NCBI RefSeq assembly: GCF_902652985.1
Contig: NC_047020.1
Coordinates: 12,400,001-12,464,000 of the forward strand
Source of the DNA: Pecten maximus
Lineage: Eukaryota
Reading direction: 5' to 3'
Length of the DNA: 64,000 nt
The notes under the pieces are model-generated. The model was not told the DNA's origin, ran no database searches, and worked only from the letters and a program-made list of their open reading frames with translations. The position numbers and the translations under genes were made by a program. Of the stretch, positions 59,418 to 64,000 are shown piece by piece (position 1 is the stretch's first letter; each line of letters begins with the position of its first letter).

Positions 59418-60339
59418 CTGAAAAAAAAAATATAAAAATTGCAAAAATCAAGCTAACATTTTGCATTTTGCCATTCCATTTCAAACGCTAATGAAATGTA
59501 CACATCTCTTATTGCCAGGATGTTTTCTAGTGAATTTACTCGTATCAATGCAGCAGGTACCCAGACCTATTCAGCTGAAGAATCGTATTTCAGACCAACA
59601 TACCATGAGCTGTGAAGAGCACCATGGATACAGCAGTAAATTTCTCTCGTGTATTAATCAGGCTTGGAATGTTTTTTTCAAGGTATTTCCGGCCCAACAT
59701 CTTGTCTCGTCGACACTTTTACGAGGACACGAGAGAAAATCTTAATTAAAATTAACAATGTTTGAGAGAGTAAGGCATCCCTAATAGCCGATAGATGATT
59801 GGGTGTCACCTGGCAACCGTAGTCAGAAATGGGGTGTCGTGTATACTTTGACATTCCGTTGTTATATTCTGTAGAGTTGGGAAATAAGGAAATAATCTGA
59901 ATCATCAACACATCAAAAATAATTCAACCTTAAAGTCTTGGGGTAAAGCCAACAATAGGAAGCGAGCTGACATGGTACCGAGCATTGTAGTCTTAAATCC
60001 TATATCATTAAGTAGAGAACGAAACTCGTCATTGATATCATACACACATCACCAATCTCTGAAAGTACAAAGTCTAACCTTTACAATAAAAGGGAAGATG
60101 TGCGTTCAATCAGATGACTTATATTTTTAAGTTAACCCCGCCTTGATTAAAGCTCCATAAAGACTACTATACACTGTGTGTAGTATTATGGAGTAGACAT
60201 AACACTGCCTTCCTATGTTAGTTTTATCAAAATCTAGACTTAAACTTGAAAATATGCCACTTTTCAGAAAAAGCGATTAATTGAAAATGGGGAGGAAGTG
60301 TGGGACAAAATAACACAATTCTCTTCTCTATTATGCAAA

Positions 60340-60497
60340 TATATCCTGGGTGTCTGTGCAATAGTCCAGAATATTTGACAAGAGGTACTGGTAATCGACC
60401 AATGCCTTCAGCCTCGTCCTCGTGCAATAGAACATCGGTCGATTACCAGTACCTCTTGTGAAATATTCTGGACTATTGCACTGACACCCATGATATA
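60340..60497. repeat. Fold-back inverted repeat, arms about 60 bp (MITE-like)
   Basis: TGCAATAGTCCAGAATATTTGACAAGAGGTACTGGTAATCGACC is mirrored by GGTCGATTACCAGTACCTCTTGTGAAATATTCTGGACTATTGCA. Confidence 0.85.
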
Positions 60498-61305
60498 CTT
60501 GTTTTATTACATAAACACTAAAATCACTGTGCAATAGTGATTTTAGCCGTGCGGTAGTTCAAAATATACCTTATGTTTATAGTTAGGGAAAATCAAACGC
60601 ACTATGTAATAATATGATATAGCGTAATATCACCCTGGAAATAAACACAATGCAACTCATAATGGTGGCTTTATTGTTATCACATAAGGGGCGTTATCTC
60701 CTCGATTTCCTGGTATCGCAGCCCTATATGCCTCTTGACTACATAGGTATCAGGGGGAAGAATGAGGATAACAAGTTGCACTCAAACGTCGATCTGACGT
60801 TCGATTTGAAAAATTGTTCTGATAGTATTCAATGAGTGCCCTATATCTCATTAATTACGTACAGACAAAAAAATGCTAGTGAGGTACATTCACTTGAATA
60901 TTCGTTATCGAAATTATCTTACTCGGTCTGAGATAAATGTATTATCTAAATGCTATATTACCTGCTCCGAGATATAGGATCGGCCATTAGAGTCACCTCG
61001 CTAATGTAGAGTGGAAGTTGGCGAGAAAAAGTACAAAGATGTCAGCTATTTCAAAGTTTACATTTATATTGCTCGTGCATAATTGATATCCGGAGTACAG
61101 GAGTGACAATTTGCAATTGAGAAATAATGAAAATAAATTGAAAATCTATAAAAGTACATTTTAATGGTTTATTTTAACCTTACATGACCTACTTCCTTTG
61201 CCTGGTAGACTATATGTCGCCATAAGATGATGAAGGATAATTCGCCCCTCGTGCTAACATTTTGCTGAAATTATTGATACTACTAGTATTGAACATAATA
61301 AAAGG

Positions 61306-61549
61306 TATGGTGGCTCGTTAGGGACAAATATCAAAATCTCGCATTTTCGCTCTCTCGATCTGAGGTCGAAAACGCGAGAATGCGAAACCGCGACGGCGAA
61401 AACGTAAGATTAATCTCGCTCACTCGACGTCGCATTTTCACATTCTTGCGTTTTCGCTCTTTCGCATACTCGCGTTTTTGGCCCTCTCCGCCGGATTTTC
61501 GACCTGAGGTCGAGAGAGAGCGTGAATACAAGATATCTGGTCCTAACGA
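61306..61549. mobile_element. TATGG-ended MITE (IS3EU-like), right end truncated
   Basis: TATGGTGGCTCGTTAGGGACAAATATC ... GATATCTGGTCCTAACGA imperfect TIR; internal CGAAAACGCGAGAATGCGAAA-type repeats. Confidence 0.5.
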
Positions 61550-61680
61550 ATAAGAGTTGGCGAAAACTGCCGTTGTTTTTGGACATACACTCCTGCTTCA
61601 GTTCACCTTCAGCTTAGATTAGCTTATATATATATGTAACATAGTAACACAAATGACGAAGAAAGACAAGTTTATGACTC

Positions 61681-61767
61681 GTGCCCTGACCGGGCCTCGA
61701 ACTTATGATCTAGGGCACCCAATCACCTTACCAGAATACTCGCAGCTTATACCGCTGCGCCCCATCC
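61681..61767 (-). mobile_element. tRNA-derived SINE head or pseudo-tRNA, copy 1
   Basis: Minus strand has an A box GGCGCAGCGG and a B box GTTCGAGGCCC, with an over-long central region. Confidence 0.55.
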
Positions 61768-62050
61768 ACGTTTCGCTTCAACTTGCGCTGTTATTTTTTT
61801 AAACCCTTTATTTGACTATTTATTTATGCCATCTGTACACCACCTAAGATGTTTTTTAATAAATTACAATAGCCCTTCGGCGAATTAATTATTGACCAGA
61901 GGGATCATTATCACAAACATAACGATGTTGTTCGTTGTTTATCTACTAGTGTAGCTGTTTCGTGTTCTATGTCTATATGTAATCGTTTGGAATTTACTTG
62001 TCTCTTGATCAAGGGGCAGAATTTCTCGAAAAATCGATAAATTAATTGTC

Positions 62051-62136
62051 TGTACTGTCGGGCCTCGAGCTTACGATCTACGGCACCTAATCGCCTAGCT
62101 GTAAAACCCCGCAGCATATACCACTGCGCCACATCC
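62051..62136 (-). mobile_element. tRNA-derived SINE head or pseudo-tRNA, copy 2
   Basis: Minus strand GGATGTGGCGCAGTGGTATATGCTGCG...GCTCGAGGCCCG; homologous to 61681-61767. Confidence 0.55.
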
Positions 62137-62203
62137 ACGTTCTTAACGAAGTCAGTGTCCATAATAACTGAAAAAACATAAGGTGATCGTAAGTTAAGTA
62201 CAC

Positions 62204-62760
62204 TTCTCTCATCTATGGACTATAACGTAGACCCCGGTCTCCTGTTATATTCGGGACATTCTCTCATCTATGGACTATAACGTAGACCCCGGTCTCCTGT
62301 TATATTCGGGAGAATCTCTCAGTTGTGGACTTTAACGTAGACCCCGGTATCCTGCTATATTCGGGACATTCTCTCATCTTTGGACTATAACGTAGACCCC
62401 TGTCTCCTGCTATATTCGGGACATTCTCTCATCTATGGACTATAACGTAGACCCCGGTCTCCTGTTATATTCGGGACATTCTCTCATCTATGGACTATAA
62501 CGTAGACCCCTGTCTCCTGCTATATTCGGGACATTCTCTCATCTATGGACTATAACGTAGACCCCGGTCTCCTGCTATATTCGGGACATTCTCTCATCTT
62601 TGGACTATAACGTAGACCCCGGTCTCCTGCTATATTCGGGACATTCTCTCATCTTTGGACTATAACGTAGACCCCGGTCTCCTGCTATATTCGGGAGATT
62701 CTCTCATCTATGGACTATAACGTAGACCCTGGTCTCCTGTTATATTCGGGACATTCTCTC
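62204..62760. repeat. 55-bp minisatellite, about 10 copies
   Basis: Unit TTCTCTCATCTATGGACTATAACGTAGACCCCGGTCTCCTGYTATATTCGGGACA. Confidence 0.93.
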
Positions 62761-64000
62761 CCCTAGGCATTAAAAAAATGCTTCGTTGTTAATAGGTGAG
62801 GAAAACACAATGTTTTGTGTAGATTAGATTAGTTCATGTTTTAAATTCTCCTAATTCGCAGATAAGAGAAACGCGCAAAATATCCGATAAAAGACCCGAT
62901 TTGAAACAAAGCAGAAACATTAATTAATGACACCATTTCAAGTTATAAGACATGAAAAATGTCGTTATTTTTCCGAAAACAAAGCAAGCGAGTTAGAGAA
63001 ATAGACAAAATTAAGCAACTTCATTCCCAAGGTCAATAGATAACTGATACATGATCACATAGCTTGTCTATATCAACAGAACAGAGATAAAAGTCAAAGT
63101 ATTTTGTTGGAAAGAGGTCGCTTGAACAGGATATCCTTTTATCATTTCATTTTTTTTTTAAACCGCGGAATTTGATGCATGACTGTGCAAAGAAGTCCTA
63201 CAATATTCCCATGCCTCTTTGGAAAATTGGTTACCGGTTCAGCCTCATTCATCATATGTCGAATCAAATTTTAAAATCTGCCTTTGTAATGCTATGATTT
63301 GATTAAACTTGGAGCTGATTTTCTGATTTGGGGAATTTCTTCGTCATGTGAACTGTCGTCTTTGAAATATTGCCTCCCTGTAGAATCAGGAACTGACGCA
63401 ACATTCGAAAGGAAAATAAAAAAAAATTACGTATTTTATCTGCTTCCGCAGAAACACTGTGTTCATAGTTGCTTTTCCAATATTACATTTTGTTGCCGAT
63501 AATTGAAAAGCGAAAATAAAATAACTATCATCTGCCATGACAGTTCGCAAATTGGAAGGTTTCGCTATAATACCAGGGACCCTTCGATATGACACATGGA
63601 CTTTTTACTGTAAATGTGGAACGTACGATACAACGAAGCTAGAACGCCTGGTGTGTCTCGCGAGTGTTGTGATAGACGTCAGGCCACAAGACAATGTCTG
63701 CTATCTTATCTTGACCTGAAACTTCCAACAGGTTTAGGATAATTTTGATGGAGTTCTTCGATCAGTATGTCATTAAAAATAAGAGAGAGAAAACTTATGG
63801 CGGATTATGTGTTAAACCATGATGCTCTAATTCTAGTATAATATATTACTGTGTTTTCTGTTGTTCACCTATACAGTTTTGTGAAGTTTCAACTCCATTT
63901 TATCATTCATTATTATGGAACACCAAATTAACATACTCGTATATTCAATTAATTGAACCTATCTTCAACTACATTTGTATTTGAAGAAAGGTTCATTTAA

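Noticed and set aside
60962-61145. Candidate first (signal-peptide) exon of the receptor: IFVLFLANFHSTLA ending AG|GTGACT in phase 2, or MADPISRS ending AG|GTAATA
   Set aside because: The first has no in-frame ATG before an upstream stop; the second lacks a hydrophobic core. The true exon may lie outside the window.

Overview
This is AT-rich, repeat-dense animal genomic DNA. The repeat families suggest a bivalve mollusc (inference). The host gene is a minus-strand Cys-loop ligand-gated anion-channel subunit resembling GABA-A receptor alpha. Eight coding exons between 59417 and 15931 splice in frame through GT-AG junctions to about 417 aa. The signal-peptide exon was not found in the window. 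The introns hold a very young Ty3/Gypsy element (41453-48184) with apparently identical 1060-bp LTRs and a TATA TSD; it has an uninterrupted pol ORF but no gag and no protease active site. They also hold a decayed Gypsy, LINE remnants, MITEs, SINEs, a 5S-derived fragment, fold-back hairpins and many minisatellites. Downstream of the gene (1-7880) is a second LTR element with TGTAACGC...GCGTTACA termini, a PBS-like site and a PPT, but no recognisable gag or pol. It instead carries an SGNH/GDSL-hydrolase gene behind a strong splice acceptor, a decayed unknown ORF, and a perfect 17-nt leader/LTR complementarity. Two Helentron-type (HINE) satellite-bearing elements have inserted into it. The best leads are this esterase-carrying non-autonomous LTR element, the gag-less Gypsy, the atypical M2 pore (L2', A13'), a satellite built from splice signals, and a pseudoknot-like RNA motif at the 5' end of a SINE. 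All calls come from reading the sequence by eye; no searches were run.
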